From NCBI GenBank assembly GCA_046735575.1, contig JBKPTS010000012.1, forward strand, positions 5,758-69,757: a DNA stretch of 64,000 nucleotides, given 5' to 3'. The position numbers and the translations under genes are program-made. The notes below the pieces were generated by a model. It did no database searches, had not been told where the DNA came from, and saw only the letters and a list, made by a program, of their open reading frames with translations. Below are positions 1 through 8,836 of this stretch, piece after piece (within the stretch, counting starts at the first letter, position 1; each line of letters starts with the position of its first letter). Source of the DNA: Actinomycetota bacterium. GTDB taxonomy: Bacteria; Actinomycetota; Thermoleophilia; Gaiellales; Gaiellaceae.

Positions 1-408
1 CTCACGATCATCGTGCTCATCGGCGTGGTCTTCACGCCGTTGATCGCGCGGACCGTGCGGGCGACGGTGCTCTCCGAGCGCGAGCTCGACTACGTGCAGG
101 CGGCGAGGCTCCGGGGCGAGCGAGCCCCGTACATCATGTTCGCGGAGATCCTCCCCAACGTGATGGCGCCGATCCTCGTCGAGTTCACGGTTCGGCTCGG
201 GTACGCGATCTTCGCCGTCGCCTCGCTCAGCTTCATCGGCTACGGGCTCCAACCCCCCTCGCCGGACTGGGCCGTGCAGGTCTACGAGCACTACTCGGTC
301 GTCAGCTTCGCCTGGTGGACCGTGTTGTTCCCGTCCCTCGCGATCGCCTCCCTCGTCGTCGCGGTGAACCTGATCGCGGACGGAATCACGCAGGTGCTCG
401 AGTCGTGA
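1..408 (+). CDS. Dpp/Opp-type ABC transporter permease, C-terminal part (gene begins upstream of the window)
   Basis: The reading frame is open from nt 1. The translation (..ARLRGERAPYIMFAEILPNVMAPILVEFTVRLGYAIFAVASLSFIGYGLQPP..) matches the conserved EAA-loop region and C-terminus of DppC/OppC permeases. The stop overlaps the next gene's start (GTGA). Confidence 0.8.
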   Translation, partial: LTIIVLIGVVFTPLIARTVRATVLSERELDYVQAARLRGERAPYIMFAEILPNVMAPILVEFTVRLGYAIFAVASLSFIGYGLQPPSPDWAVQVYEHYSVVSFAWWTVLFPSLAIASLVVAVNLIADGITQVLES

Positions 409-2465
409 GCGCTTCGGCAGCCCCGGCGAATCCCTCGACCGCATCCGCTCACGCCGCGCTCGAGCTGCTCGACCTCGATGTCGCCTACCGCGTGCGGGGG
501 GAGGACCGCCAGGTGCTTCGAGCATTGAGCCTGCGCGTCGAGCGCGGGGAGTCGTACGGGCTCGTCGGCGAGTCCGGCTGCGGCAAATCCACGGCCGCGC
601 TCGCAGTCGTCCGCTACCTCCCGCGCAACGGGCGAGTGCGCTCCGGCTCGATCCTCGTCGACGGCCGGGACGTCTGGAAGCTCGGCAACCGCGAGCTGCG
701 AAGGTTCCGCGCCGACGCGGTCTCGATGGTGTACCAGAACCCCGGCACGGCGCTGAACCCGTCCATCCGCGTCGGACGTCAGCTGGCGGAGGTGTTCACG
801 GCCCGCGGGGCGAGCCGGGACGAGGTGCGGACCCGGTCGCTCGAGATGCTCAGGAAGGTCCAGATCGCGGACGCGGAGAGCGTGCTCGCGCGCTACCCGC
901 ACCAGCTCTCGGGGGGCATGCAGCAGCGCGTGGTGATCGCGATGGCCCTGGCGAAGGACCCCGCCCTCCTGATCCTCGACGAGCCCACCACCGGCCTGGA
1001 TGCGACGGTCGAGGCCGAGGTCCTCGACCTCGTCGCCTGGCTCCAGTCCGAGTTCCTGACCTCCGTGCTCTTCATCAGCCACAACCTCGGCGTCATCGCC
1101 AAGATGTGCTCGCGGGTCGGGGTGCTCTACGCCGGGCGCCTCGTCGAGGAGGGGCCGGTCGAGACGATCCTCCAGGATCCCCGCCATCCGTACACCGTCG
1201 GCCTCCTCCGTTGCATCCCACGCGGGGGCGTTCGGAAGGATCACGGTCGGCTCGACACGATCCCGGGCTTCCTGCCGAGCCTCGGCGCCCCGCTGCCGGG
1301 GTGCGTGTTCGCGGACCGGTGCGCCCTCGCCGACGACCGCTGCCACAGGGAGGAGCCGCCGCTCATCTCCCTGGGCGACCGTCACGACAGCCGGTGCTGG
1401 TACCACGATCGCGCGCCGCTCCTCCCCAGAGAGGAGGCCAGGAACATCGAGCTGCCGGCGGTGGATCGCGGGGCCGACCCCCTCGTTCGGTTCGAGGACC
1501 TCGGGAAGGTCTTCAAGCAGCGCGGGCACGACGTGTACGCGCTCGTCGGCGCCTCGAGCTCGGTGTGGCAGGGAGAGACACTCGGCCTCGTCGGCGAGTC
1601 CGGGAGCGGGAAGACCACGCTCGCCCGCGCGCTCCTCGGCATCGTCGAGCCCACCACCGGGGTCGTGGAGCTCGACGGCCGTGTGCTGGCGCCGCGCTTC
1701 ACGAAACGCAGCCGTCTCGACCTGCGCGCGTTGCAGATCGTCTTCCAGAACCCGGACTCGGCGCTCAACCGCCGCCACTCCGTGCGGCGGATCCTGCTGC
1801 GCTCGCTGCGGAAGCTCGCCGGCCTCTCGGGAGCCGCGGCGGACCGGCGCCTCTCCGAGCTCGTCGAGCGGGTGCGGCTCAGCGAGCGCATGCTGACCCA
1901 GAAGCCGGTGCAGCTCTCCGGCGGCCTCAAGCAGCGGGTGGCGATCGCCCGGGCGTTCGCCGGCGATCCCCGGCTCGTGATCTGCGACGAGCCCACGTCC
2001 GCGCTCGACGTCTCGGTGCAGGCGGCGATCCTCAACCTGCTCGTCGAGCTCCAGGCCGAGAAACGAGTCGCGTACATCTTCATCTCCCACGATCTGGGTG
2101 TCGTCCGCTACATCTCCGACCGGATCGCGGTGCTCTACCTCGGACGTCTGCAGGAGCTCGGCCCTGCGGAGGTGGTGTTCGCGGGCCCGCACCATCCGTA
2201 CACCGAGGCGCTGCTCTCCGCCGTGCCGACGATCGACGGCGGTGGCCGTGAGCGCATCAGGCTCACCGGGGACATACCGAGCGCTGCGTCGCCTCCCTCC
2301 GGCTGCGTGTTCCACACGCGCTGCCCCCGGAAGCTCGGCGCGATCTGCGAGCAGGAAGAGCCCCCGCTCCTCGAGGTCGAGGAGGGTCACTCGATGCGCT
2401 GCCACATCCCGATCGAGGAGCTGCGCCGGTTGCAGGCCAAAGAGCCGCAAGAGACGCCCGCGTGA
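405..2465 (+). CDS. Fused double-ATPase subunit of a Dpp/Opp-type ABC transporter (DppD-DppF fusion)
   Basis: There are two complete ABC cassettes, with Walker A GESGCGKST and GESGSGKTT and signatures LSGGMQQR and LSGGLKQR. Oligopeptide-type C-terminal Cys motifs are present. The start is set at GTG 405, overlapping the upstream stop. Confidence 0.9.
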   Translation: MSASAAPANPSTASAHAALELLDLDVAYRVRGEDRQVLRALSLRVERGESYGLVGESGCGKSTAALAVVRYLPRNGRVRSGSILVDGRDVWKLGNRELRRFRADAVSMVYQNPGTALNPSIRVGRQLAEVFTARGASRDEVRTRSLEMLRKVQIADAESVLARYPHQLSGGMQQRVVIAMALAKDPALLILDEPTTGLDATVEAEVLDLVAWLQSEFLTSVLFISHNLGVIAKMCSRVGVLYAGRLVEEGPVETILQDPRHPYTVGLLRCIPRGGVRKDHGRLDTIPGFLPSLGAPLPGCVFADRCALADDRCHREEPPLISLGDRHDSRCWYHDRAPLLPREEARNIELPAVDRGADPLVRFEDLGKVFKQRGHDVYALVGASSSVWQGETLGLVGESGSGKTTLARALLGIVEPTTGVVELDGRVLAPRFTKRSRLDLRALQIVFQNPDSALNRRHSVRRILLRSLRKLAGLSGAAADRRLSELVERVRLSERMLTQKPVQLSGGLKQRVAIARAFAGDPRLVICDEPTSALDVSVQAAILNLLVELQAEKRVAYIFISHDLGVVRYISDRIAVLYLGRLQELGPAEVVFAGPHHPYTEALLSAVPTIDGGGRERIRLTGDIPSAASPPSGCVFHTRCPRKLGAICEQEEPPLLEVEEGHSMRCHIPIEELRRLQAKEPQETPA

Positions 2466-3580
2466 GGATCCGCGCCGCCGTGCTCGAGCGGACCGGCGGA
2501 CCGCTCACGGTCGGCGACCTCGAGCTCGCGCCTCCCGGCCCGGAGGAGGTGCTCGTCCGGCTCCATGCCAGCGGGGTCTGCCACTCGGACTACAACGCAG
2601 TGGACGGGACCGCCGAGACGCCCTGCCCCGCGGTTCTGGGCCACGAAGGCGCGGGGGTCGTGGAGGCGGTCGGCGCCCGTGCCCGCCGGGTGCGACCCGG
2701 CGATCACGTCGCGCTCTCCTGGGCGCCCTCGTGTGGGACCTGCCCGGAGTGCATCCGGGACCTGCCTTGGCTCTGCTCGACCGCGCGGCCCGCCATGGCG
2801 GCGGGCGGGCTCATGGACCGGACGACGCGGCTCTCGCGGGACGGAGAGCCCGTCTACCACTACTCGTTCCTGTCCACGTTCGCCGAAGCGTGCGTCGTGC
2901 CCGAGCGCTCCTGTGTCCCGATCCCGCGGGACGTGCCGTTCGACGTCGCCGGTCTCGTCGGCTGCGCCGTGACCACAGGGCTGGGCGCCGTCTGGCGCAC
3001 TGCGAACGCGAGGCCGGGGGACCGGGTGGCGGTGATCGGCTGCGGCGGCGTCGGCCTCTCCGCCTTGATGGCCGCGGTCGCCGTCGGGGCGGAGCCGGTG
3101 ATCGCAGTCGATGCGAGCCCGCAGAAGCTCGAGGCCGCTCGCACGTTCGGGGCGAGCGACGCCGTTCTCTGGCAGGGCTCGTCGGAGGCCACCGCCGAGG
3201 CGGTCCGGGAAGCGTCCGGCGGGGGAGTGGACATCGCCGTCGAGGCGACCGGTCGACCCGAAGCGATGCTGGCCGCATACCTCGCCGGGCGCCCGCGCGG
3301 AGCCGCCGTCCTGATCGGCATCCCGCACGAGGACGCGCTGCTCACGCTTCCCGCGCTCACCATTCCTCGCGGCGAGAGGCGCATACTCGGCTCGATCTAC
3401 GGCTCGTCCAAGCCCGAGCGCGACTTCCCGCAGGCGCTCGCGTTGTATCGCAGCGGTCGTCTTCCGCTCGACCGCCTCGTCTCGCACCGGCTGGGCCTCG
3501 ACGACGTCCAGCAGGCGTTCGAGCTGATGACCGGCGGAGACGCGCTGCGCGTCGTTCTCGACCTGGAAGGAGCTGCATGA
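2462..3580 (+). CDS. Zinc-dependent alcohol dehydrogenase, class-III / formaldehyde-dehydrogenase-like
   Basis: Motifs are GVCHSD and GHEGAGVVEAVG (catalytic Zn), a structural-Zn Cys cluster CGTCPEC and the Rossmann motif GCGGVGLS. The start GTG overlaps the upstream stop. Confidence 0.9.
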   Translation: MRIRAAVLERTGGPLTVGDLELAPPGPEEVLVRLHASGVCHSDYNAVDGTAETPCPAVLGHEGAGVVEAVGARARRVRPGDHVALSWAPSCGTCPECIRDLPWLCSTARPAMAAGGLMDRTTRLSRDGEPVYHYSFLSTFAEACVVPERSCVPIPRDVPFDVAGLVGCAVTTGLGAVWRTANARPGDRVAVIGCGGVGLSALMAAVAVGAEPVIAVDASPQKLEAARTFGASDAVLWQGSSEATAEAVREASGGGVDIAVEATGRPEAMLAAYLAGRPRGAAVLIGIPHEDALLTLPALTIPRGERRILGSIYGSSKPERDFPQALALYRSGRLPLDRLVSHRLGLDDVQQAFELMTGGDALRVVLDLEGAA

Positions 3581-4104
3581 CGACCGACGATCTCGACGGA
3601 CGCGTGGGCGAGGGCTGGAGCGGCGTCGCTCCGAACGGCTCGCACGTCAACGTCGTGCTCGCGCGGCGTGGCAGTCCGACGGCCGCAGCCGCCCTGAGCA
3701 TGCTCGCTCACCCGTCTCCGGGACACACCCCGGTGCTCGTGTGCGTGGGACCGACACAGCAGGAGTACGAGCCCGTGTGGCCGCCCACGCTCATGATGAA
3801 CAAGGCGACCGCGGCCGACGATCGGCATCAGACCATCACGTGGGGCGCGGCGCAGCTCGGCATCGGGCAGGGCGTGCTCGACGCAGTGGCCGACGGACTG
3901 CTCGAGGCCTCCGGCGACGTGATCGTCCTCGTGGCGGTCTGGGTCGACCCGGACGCCGAGGACGAGACGGCGGTCAGAGTCGCGAGCCGGACGGCGACCC
4001 GGAAAGCGCTCGGCGTCTGCGTCGAGGGTCGCGACCCCGAGGCCGCCGCGGCCCTCGTCGAGCGGCGCGACTCGCTCCGGAATCCGTTCTACGGCGGCAC
4101 CTGA
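3577..4104 (+). CDS. Formaldehyde-activating enzyme (Fae)-like protein
   Basis: The 175-aa product aligns along its length with my memory of methylotroph Fae. Matching segments are GEGWSGVAPNGSHVNVVLARRGSP, PTLMMNKAT..R, WGAAQLGIGQGVLDAVADGLL, VLVAVWVDPDAEDE and a C-terminal NPFYGG. ATGA overlap with the ADH stop. Confidence 0.6.
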   Translation: MTTDDLDGRVGEGWSGVAPNGSHVNVVLARRGSPTAAAALSMLAHPSPGHTPVLVCVGPTQQEYEPVWPPTLMMNKATAADDRHQTITWGAAQLGIGQGVLDAVADGLLEASGDVIVLVAVWVDPDAEDETAVRVASRTATRKALGVCVEGRDPEAAAALVERRDSLRNPFYGGT

Positions 4105-5213
4105 TGGCGATCGCGGCCGTCGAGGCCCGCCGCTACCGCTACCCACTCGATCCGCCCTTCGCTCCGGCCTGGGATCCCGTCCCGCGACGCCATCACGACG
4201 CAACGATCGTCGTCGTCCGCTCCGACGACGGATTCGAGGGCTACGCGAGCGGGGATGCGCTGCCCGACCGGGAGACGCTCGAGCGGTTCCTCGTCGGCGT
4301 CGATCCCTTCCGGACCGAGGTCGTGCGCGAGATCTGCGAGACGGTCGACTTCCACGGAGGTCGCCCCTGGACGGCCGAGGTGGCCGTCTGGGATCTCGTG
4401 GGCAGGCTGCTCGGGCAGCCGCTCTGGCGAGTGCTCGGCGGCAAGAGCGAACGCCTCGTCGCCTACGCGTCGAGCGGAGAGCTCGTTCCCACGGACGAGC
4501 GGGTACGGCGCTGCGTCGAGCTTCGCGACGCCGGTGTCAAGGGTGTGAAGCTCCGGCTGCACTCCGCCGACTGGCGGCGAGACCTCCCCCTGATCGAAGC
4601 CGTACGCGATGCCGTCGGCCCCGCATTCGAGATCCTCGTCGACGCGAACCAGGGCTGGCGGATGCCCGGGGACCTCGCGCCTCGCTGGGACGTGGCGACG
4701 GCGGCGACGTTCGCCCGCGCGCTCGAGCCGGTCGGCGTCTACTGGCTCGAGGAGCCCCTCCGGACGGACGACCTCGACGGCTACGCGGCGCTGCGGAGCC
4801 GCACCGATCTCCGGCTCGCCGCGGGTGAGATGGTGCGTTCCCCGGCCGAGGCGCGCGAGCTCGTGCTGCGGGGAGGGATCGACGTGGTGCAAACCGACGT
4901 CGTGCTCGCCGGTGGGATCGGCGGCTGCCGGCGGGTCGCGGGGCTCGCCGATCTCGCGGGGCGGGCGTGGAGCCCTCACACCTGGTCGAACGGCTACGGG
5001 TTGCTCGCGAATCTCCATGCGGCGCTGGCGTTCTCCACGTGCCCGCTGGTCGAGGTTCCGTACGACCCGCCGGCGTGGGGGCCCGAGCGCCGCGACTGGT
5101 TGCTGCCGGAGACGCTCGAGATCGCTCCGGACGGCACGATCGCTCCTCCGCCCGGCCCCGGCCTCGGCGTCGTGCCCGACTTCGACGCCCTCGAGCGCTA
5201 CCGGGTGGGGTGA
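4104..5213 (+). CDS. Enolase-superfamily enzyme (mandelate racemase / muconate lactonizing enzyme family)
   Basis: Motifs are VWDLVGRLLGQPLWRVLGG, KLRLHS, LVDANQGW, YWLEEPL and AAGE, the typical metal-ligand and TIM-barrel motifs. The start ATG shares 1 nt with the upstream stop (TGATG). Confidence 0.85.
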   Translation: MAIAAVEARRYRYPLDPPFAPAWDPVPRRHHDATIVVVRSDDGFEGYASGDALPDRETLERFLVGVDPFRTEVVREICETVDFHGGRPWTAEVAVWDLVGRLLGQPLWRVLGGKSERLVAYASSGELVPTDERVRRCVELRDAGVKGVKLRLHSADWRRDLPLIEAVRDAVGPAFEILVDANQGWRMPGDLAPRWDVATAATFARALEPVGVYWLEEPLRTDDLDGYAALRSRTDLRLAAGEMVRSPAEARELVLRGGIDVVQTDVVLAGGIGGCRRVAGLADLAGRAWSPHTWSNGYGLLANLHAALAFSTCPLVEVPYDPPAWGPERRDWLLPETLEIAPDGTIAPPPGPGLGVVPDFDALERYRVG

Positions 5214-5250
5214 GGACGTCGTCGATGCTGCACGCCCGCCGGGCCGCGAC

Positions 5251-5256
5251 TACGAT
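5251..5256 (+). promoter_or_regulatory. Candidate -10 hexamer TACGAT for a leaderless transcript starting at GTG 5263
   Basis: A TANNNT hexamer lies exactly 6 nt upstream of the start codon, with no Shine-Dalgarno sequence between them. The same geometry recurs at several other gene starts in the window. Confidence 0.4.
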
Positions 5257-5262
5257 CGCGGC

Positions 5263-6246
5263 GTGACCGAGACCCTGATCGGTCCTCCCGGCTACGGCGC
5301 GCTCACGAGCGACGTTCCGTGGGACCCGGGTCGCCACCTCGCGCTCGAGCCTCCCGCGCGGACGACGCTCCTCGAGGAGTGGGGACCGGAGGCAGCGGGC
5401 CCGACGGCGCTCTCCCCGGTCGCGATCACGTCGCCGTTCAGGCTCCTGAGCGACGCAGGGGTCGCGACGCTGCAGGCGATCTGCGCCGAGCTCGAGCAGG
5501 ATGCAGTGGGCGACGAGCGGATCGCGAAGAAGGTACGCGGCTCCGTCTACCGCTCCGAGTTCCTGCGTGGCATGTACGGCGACCCCACAGTCCTCGCCTT
5601 CCTCCGCGAGCTCGCCCGGGCGAGGCTCGAGCTCCATCCGATCAGCCACCACGCGATCCACGTCAACTACGCGCCCGACGAGCTCTCGCGGAACGTCGAC
5701 CAGTGGCACCGGGACGCGATCTCCTTCGACTACGTGCTCATGGTCTCCGACCCGCGGCCGATGCGGGGCGGGCGCTTCGAGTACTTCCTCGGCCCGGTCG
5801 AGGAGGGACGGGAGCTCCTCGAGTCCGGCGCGGGTCTCCCGCCCGAGCGGGTCGTGAGCCCGGACTTCCCCGGCCCCGGCTGGGCGGTTCTGCAGCAGGG
5901 GCACCGCGTCCTCCACCGGGCCGCCCGCCTCGAGGAGCGCTACCCGCGGGTCACGATCGTCGCCTCCTACTGGACGGCGGACGCCGAACGCGACGACCCC
6001 GCCGACCTGCAGACCATCCTGAGAGTCGACGGGCGGGACGTCGCCCTCGTCGAGTGGAGCCGCTTCCAGGCCCGCGTGGCCGCGCACCGGCTCGAGCACT
6101 TCGCCGCCACGAAGACCGACTTCGCCCATTCGCCGGACGAGCTCCAGCGGGAGCTGCGCGCCATCGCCGCCCGCCTGGAGGAGGCTGCTGACGCCTTCGA
6201 CGGGCAGGACGAGGGGCGGCTCATCTCCTTCGGCAGCGGCAGCTGA
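5263..6246 (+). CDS. Hypothetical protein, possible Fe(II)/2-oxoglutarate-dependent oxygenase fold
   Basis: A long ORF with GC3-rich codon usage. It has an HxD-like motif (WHRDA), a distal His (QQGHRVLHRA) and an Arg (RVTIVASY) in the order expected for a 2OG oxygenase. The family assignment is not secure. Confidence 0.55.
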   Translation: MTETLIGPPGYGALTSDVPWDPGRHLALEPPARTTLLEEWGPEAAGPTALSPVAITSPFRLLSDAGVATLQAICAELEQDAVGDERIAKKVRGSVYRSEFLRGMYGDPTVLAFLRELARARLELHPISHHAIHVNYAPDELSRNVDQWHRDAISFDYVLMVSDPRPMRGGRFEYFLGPVEEGRELLESGAGLPPERVVSPDFPGPGWAVLQQGHRVLHRAARLEERYPRVTIVASYWTADAERDDPADLQTILRVDGRDVALVEWSRFQARVAAHRLEHFAATKTDFAHSPDELQRELRAIAARLEEAADAFDGQDEGRLISFGSGS

Positions 6247-6250
6247 GCCG

Positions 6251-7738
6251 CTAGGCGAGCAGCCTCCCGGAGCGGACGAGGTCCCGCAGGCGCTCGACCT
6301 CCGGGCCGAGCGGACGGTCCGATTCGAGCGGCTCGGCCGCCGCCGCGAGCTCCTCGCAGGCGCGCTCGAGCGGCCCCGGGAGCGCCTCCCCGCCGCGCAG
6401 GTGGCGCGCCTGCCGCGCCGCGAGCAGCTCGTACGCGAGCGCCAGCTCGACGTTGTCGAGCAGCCGCCGCAGCTTGTCGGCGGCCAGGAAGGCGAACGCC
6501 TGCACGTCCTCCTGGCCGGAGGAGGTGTCGGCTGCGTTGACGGAGGCGGGCGCCGCGAGCATGCGGTTCTCTGCGCAGAGGGCGACCACCCCCTTGTGCA
6601 GGACGGAGGCGCCCGTCTGCACGCCGGGCTCGAGCGCGAGCTGCTCGGAGAGGTGCGAGAAGCGCGCGTCGAGCAGGCGGTGCAGGCGCTTCTCCGCGAG
6701 GTTCGCGAGCTGCGCGAACGCGATCGCGAGCAGGTCGAGATCGAATGCGAGGCCCTGCGCGTGGAAGTTGCCGCTCGGGTAGAAGCCCTCGGGCTCGCCG
6801 TCGCCCGTGAGCAGGTAGAGCGGGCTGTCCGAGACCGCGCGCACCTCCTGCTCGAGCCGCTGCTCGACCGCGTCGACCACCGCGAGCACGGCGCCGTGCA
6901 CCTGCGGCACGACGCGCAGCGAGACAGGCGCCTGCGGGCGGTCGCCGAAGTCCCCGCCGTCGAGGAGCGCGCGCAGCCGCTCCTGCACCGCAGCCTGGTG
7001 CGGATCGCGTTTGAGGCGGCCGAGGCGGGGTGAGAACGGGCGCGCCGACGCGCCGGTCAGGGCGGCGGTGAGCGCGGCCGCGAGCGTCGCGTGCTCGAGG
7101 AGCGGCCGCGCGCGGTCGACGACGTGGATCGTCAGGGCGGGCGCGAGAGGAGCGCCGTTCACGAGCGCGAGGCCTTCCTTGAGCCCGGGCTCGTACGGCT
7201 CGAGGCCGCGGCGCGCGAGCGCCTCCCCGGCAGGCACCCGTTCCCCGTCCTCGAGCACGAAGCCCTCGCCGACGAGCGTCTGGAAGAGGTGCGAGAGCGG
7301 GATGACCTCTCCGGCGGCCCCGTGCGGGCCGGCGGGCACGTACGGAGACCAGCCGTCGTTCAGCCGCTCGGCGAGCAGGCGGCAGAGACTGCCGCTGACG
7401 CCGGCGTCGCCGCTCAGGAAGCCGGTGAGCCGCAGGAGCAGCGCGCCGCGCACGACCTCGCGCGGGAGCGGCTCCCCCACCCCGACCGAGCGCCCGAGCA
7501 GGATCGAGCGCTGGAGCGCGCCCTGCTCGGACTCCGGGATCTCGTGCTTCGCCATGTAGCCGAGACCGGTCGTGACCCCGTACGCGGAGGCGCCCGCCTC
7601 GAGCGCGCGCAGCAGCGCCGCCCGCCGCTCGTCGACCTTCACGAGCAGCGCGGGGGCGATCTCGACCTGCTCGCCGCCGTGGACGATCCGGCGGTAGAGC
7701 GCGAGGTCGAGCGCGTCGTGGGAGTCGAGCCGGATCAC
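6251..7738 (-). CDS. HAL/PAL-family (aromatic amino acid lyase fold) enzyme lacking the MIO-forming Ala-Ser-Gly triad
   Basis: Family motifs are YGVTTGLG, KEGLALVNG, PQVHGA and SDSPLY. At the MIO position the sequence reads GPHGAAGEVIPLSHL, where canonical HAL has GSVGASGDLAPLAH. The start GTG 7738 overlaps the upstream stop. Confidence 0.85.
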   Translation of the reverse strand: MIRLDSHDALDLALYRRIVHGGEQVEIAPALLVKVDERRAALLRALEAGASAYGVTTGLGYMAKHEIPESEQGALQRSILLGRSVGVGEPLPREVVRGALLLRLTGFLSGDAGVSGSLCRLLAERLNDGWSPYVPAGPHGAAGEVIPLSHLFQTLVGEGFVLEDGERVPAGEALARRGLEPYEPGLKEGLALVNGAPLAPALTIHVVDRARPLLEHATLAAALTAALTGASARPFSPRLGRLKRDPHQAAVQERLRALLDGGDFGDRPQAPVSLRVVPQVHGAVLAVVDAVEQRLEQEVRAVSDSPLYLLTGDGEPEGFYPSGNFHAQGLAFDLDLLAIAFAQLANLAEKRLHRLLDARFSHLSEQLALEPGVQTGASVLHKGVVALCAENRMLAAPASVNAADTSSGQEDVQAFAFLAADKLRRLLDNVELALAYELLAARQARHLRGGEALPGPLERACEELAAAAEPLESDRPLGPEVERLRDLVRSGRLLA

Positions 7739-8754
7739 CTGTAGCGGAGCACGGTGCCGAGGCCGCGTTCGGCGGCGCGCGCGACCAGGAGCGCGCCCAG
7801 GGCGACGTCGCACGTGGCGAGGCCGCGGTGCCAGAAGAGGATCCGCTCGTCGTCCCGCTGCCGCCCGGGCACGCGGCCGACGACGACGTCCCCGAGCTCG
7901 CCGTGCAGCGACTCCTGCGTGAGGAGGCCGCGGTCGACGTGCTCGCGCAGGGCGCCGAACCGGTTGCCCGGCCCGCACTGACGCCAGTCGTCGACGACCA
8001 CCTTGCTCACGACCGAGAGGACGTCGAGCTCGAGGGCGCTCATCGTCCCGTACGGGATCAGGAGCGCGCCTTCCCCGATCCACGCCGTGCGCAGGATCGG
8101 CTCCGGTTCGACGAGCCGCGTCGCCTCGACGACGACGTCCGCTCCCGACACGGTCTCCTCCACCGTCCCGCAGACGCGTACCTCCTTCCCGAGCTCGTAC
8201 CGCAGGCGCTCGCCGAACGCCTCGCGCGATTCCGCGCGGCGGCTCGTCACCCTGATCTCGTCGAAGCCGAAGAGCGAGTCGAGCAGGACGACGTTCCAGA
8301 AGGCGGTGCCACGCGAGCCCACGTGCCCGAGCACGCGCGAGCCCGGCCGCGCGAGGTACTTCGCGCCCACCGCCGTGAGCGCGCCGGTGCGCCGGTCCGT
8401 GAGGTCGGAGGCGTCGAGGACGCCGGTCGGAGCCCCCGTCTCGGGGTCGTAGAGCGTCAGCAGGCCGAGCTCCGAGGGCAGGCCGCGTTCGTAGTTGTCG
8501 ACGAAGTCCCCGATCACCTTCACCCCGGCGATTGCGAGCGGAGCGACGTAGGCGCGGAGGACGTTCCAGTGGCCGCGGAAGGCAGCGCCCGGCTCGAGGT
8601 GGACGCGCGGCTCGAGCACGACCTGGCCGTTTCCCTGCGCGCGCACCACGTCCTCCACCGCCGCGATCAGCTCTGCGGGCGTCAGCTCGAGCTGCGAGAG
8701 GTCGGCGGCTCCGAGAAACCGCAGGGACAGCTCCTCCGGCGCGCCTAGCGACAC
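7735..8754 (-). CDS. Ornithine cyclodeaminase / mu-crystallin family protein
   Basis: Motifs are DLTDRRTGALTAVGAKYLA and the Rossmann segment LGHVGSRGTAFWNV, with the overall length and C-terminal region typical of OCD_Mu_crystallin proteins. The start is uncertain: GTG 8754 was chosen, and GTG 8799 is an in-frame alternative. Confidence 0.8.
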   Translation of the reverse strand: MSLGAPEELSLRFLGAADLSQLELTPAELIAAVEDVVRAQGNGQVVLEPRVHLEPGAAFRGHWNVLRAYVAPLAIAGVKVIGDFVDNYERGLPSELGLLTLYDPETGAPTGVLDASDLTDRRTGALTAVGAKYLARPGSRVLGHVGSRGTAFWNVVLLDSLFGFDEIRVTSRRAESREAFGERLRYELGKEVRVCGTVEETVSGADVVVEATRLVEPEPILRTAWIGEGALLIPYGTMSALELDVLSVVSKVVVDDWRQCGPGNRFGALREHVDRGLLTQESLHGELGDVVVGRVPGRQRDDERILFWHRGLATCDVALGALLVARAAERGLGTVLRYR

Positions 8755-8836
8755 GTCGTCACGAGGCGCTCCTCGCGCCCGTCGTGGCTGCGCGCGCACA
8801 CCGACGTACCGTGACACAGGGACCGAGGCACCCGCC

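Noticed and set aside
291-2450. A 719-aa ORF antisense to the ABC ATPase gene. Similar very long antisense or out-of-frame ORFs occur at 23071-25788, 35801-38410, 38288-41641 and 44142-47255.
   Set aside because: These are typical high-GC shadow ORFs. Their translations are Arg/Ala/Pro/Gly-rich low-complexity sequence with no family motifs. The opposite or alternative frame encodes clearly recognisable conserved proteins with GC3-biased codon usage.
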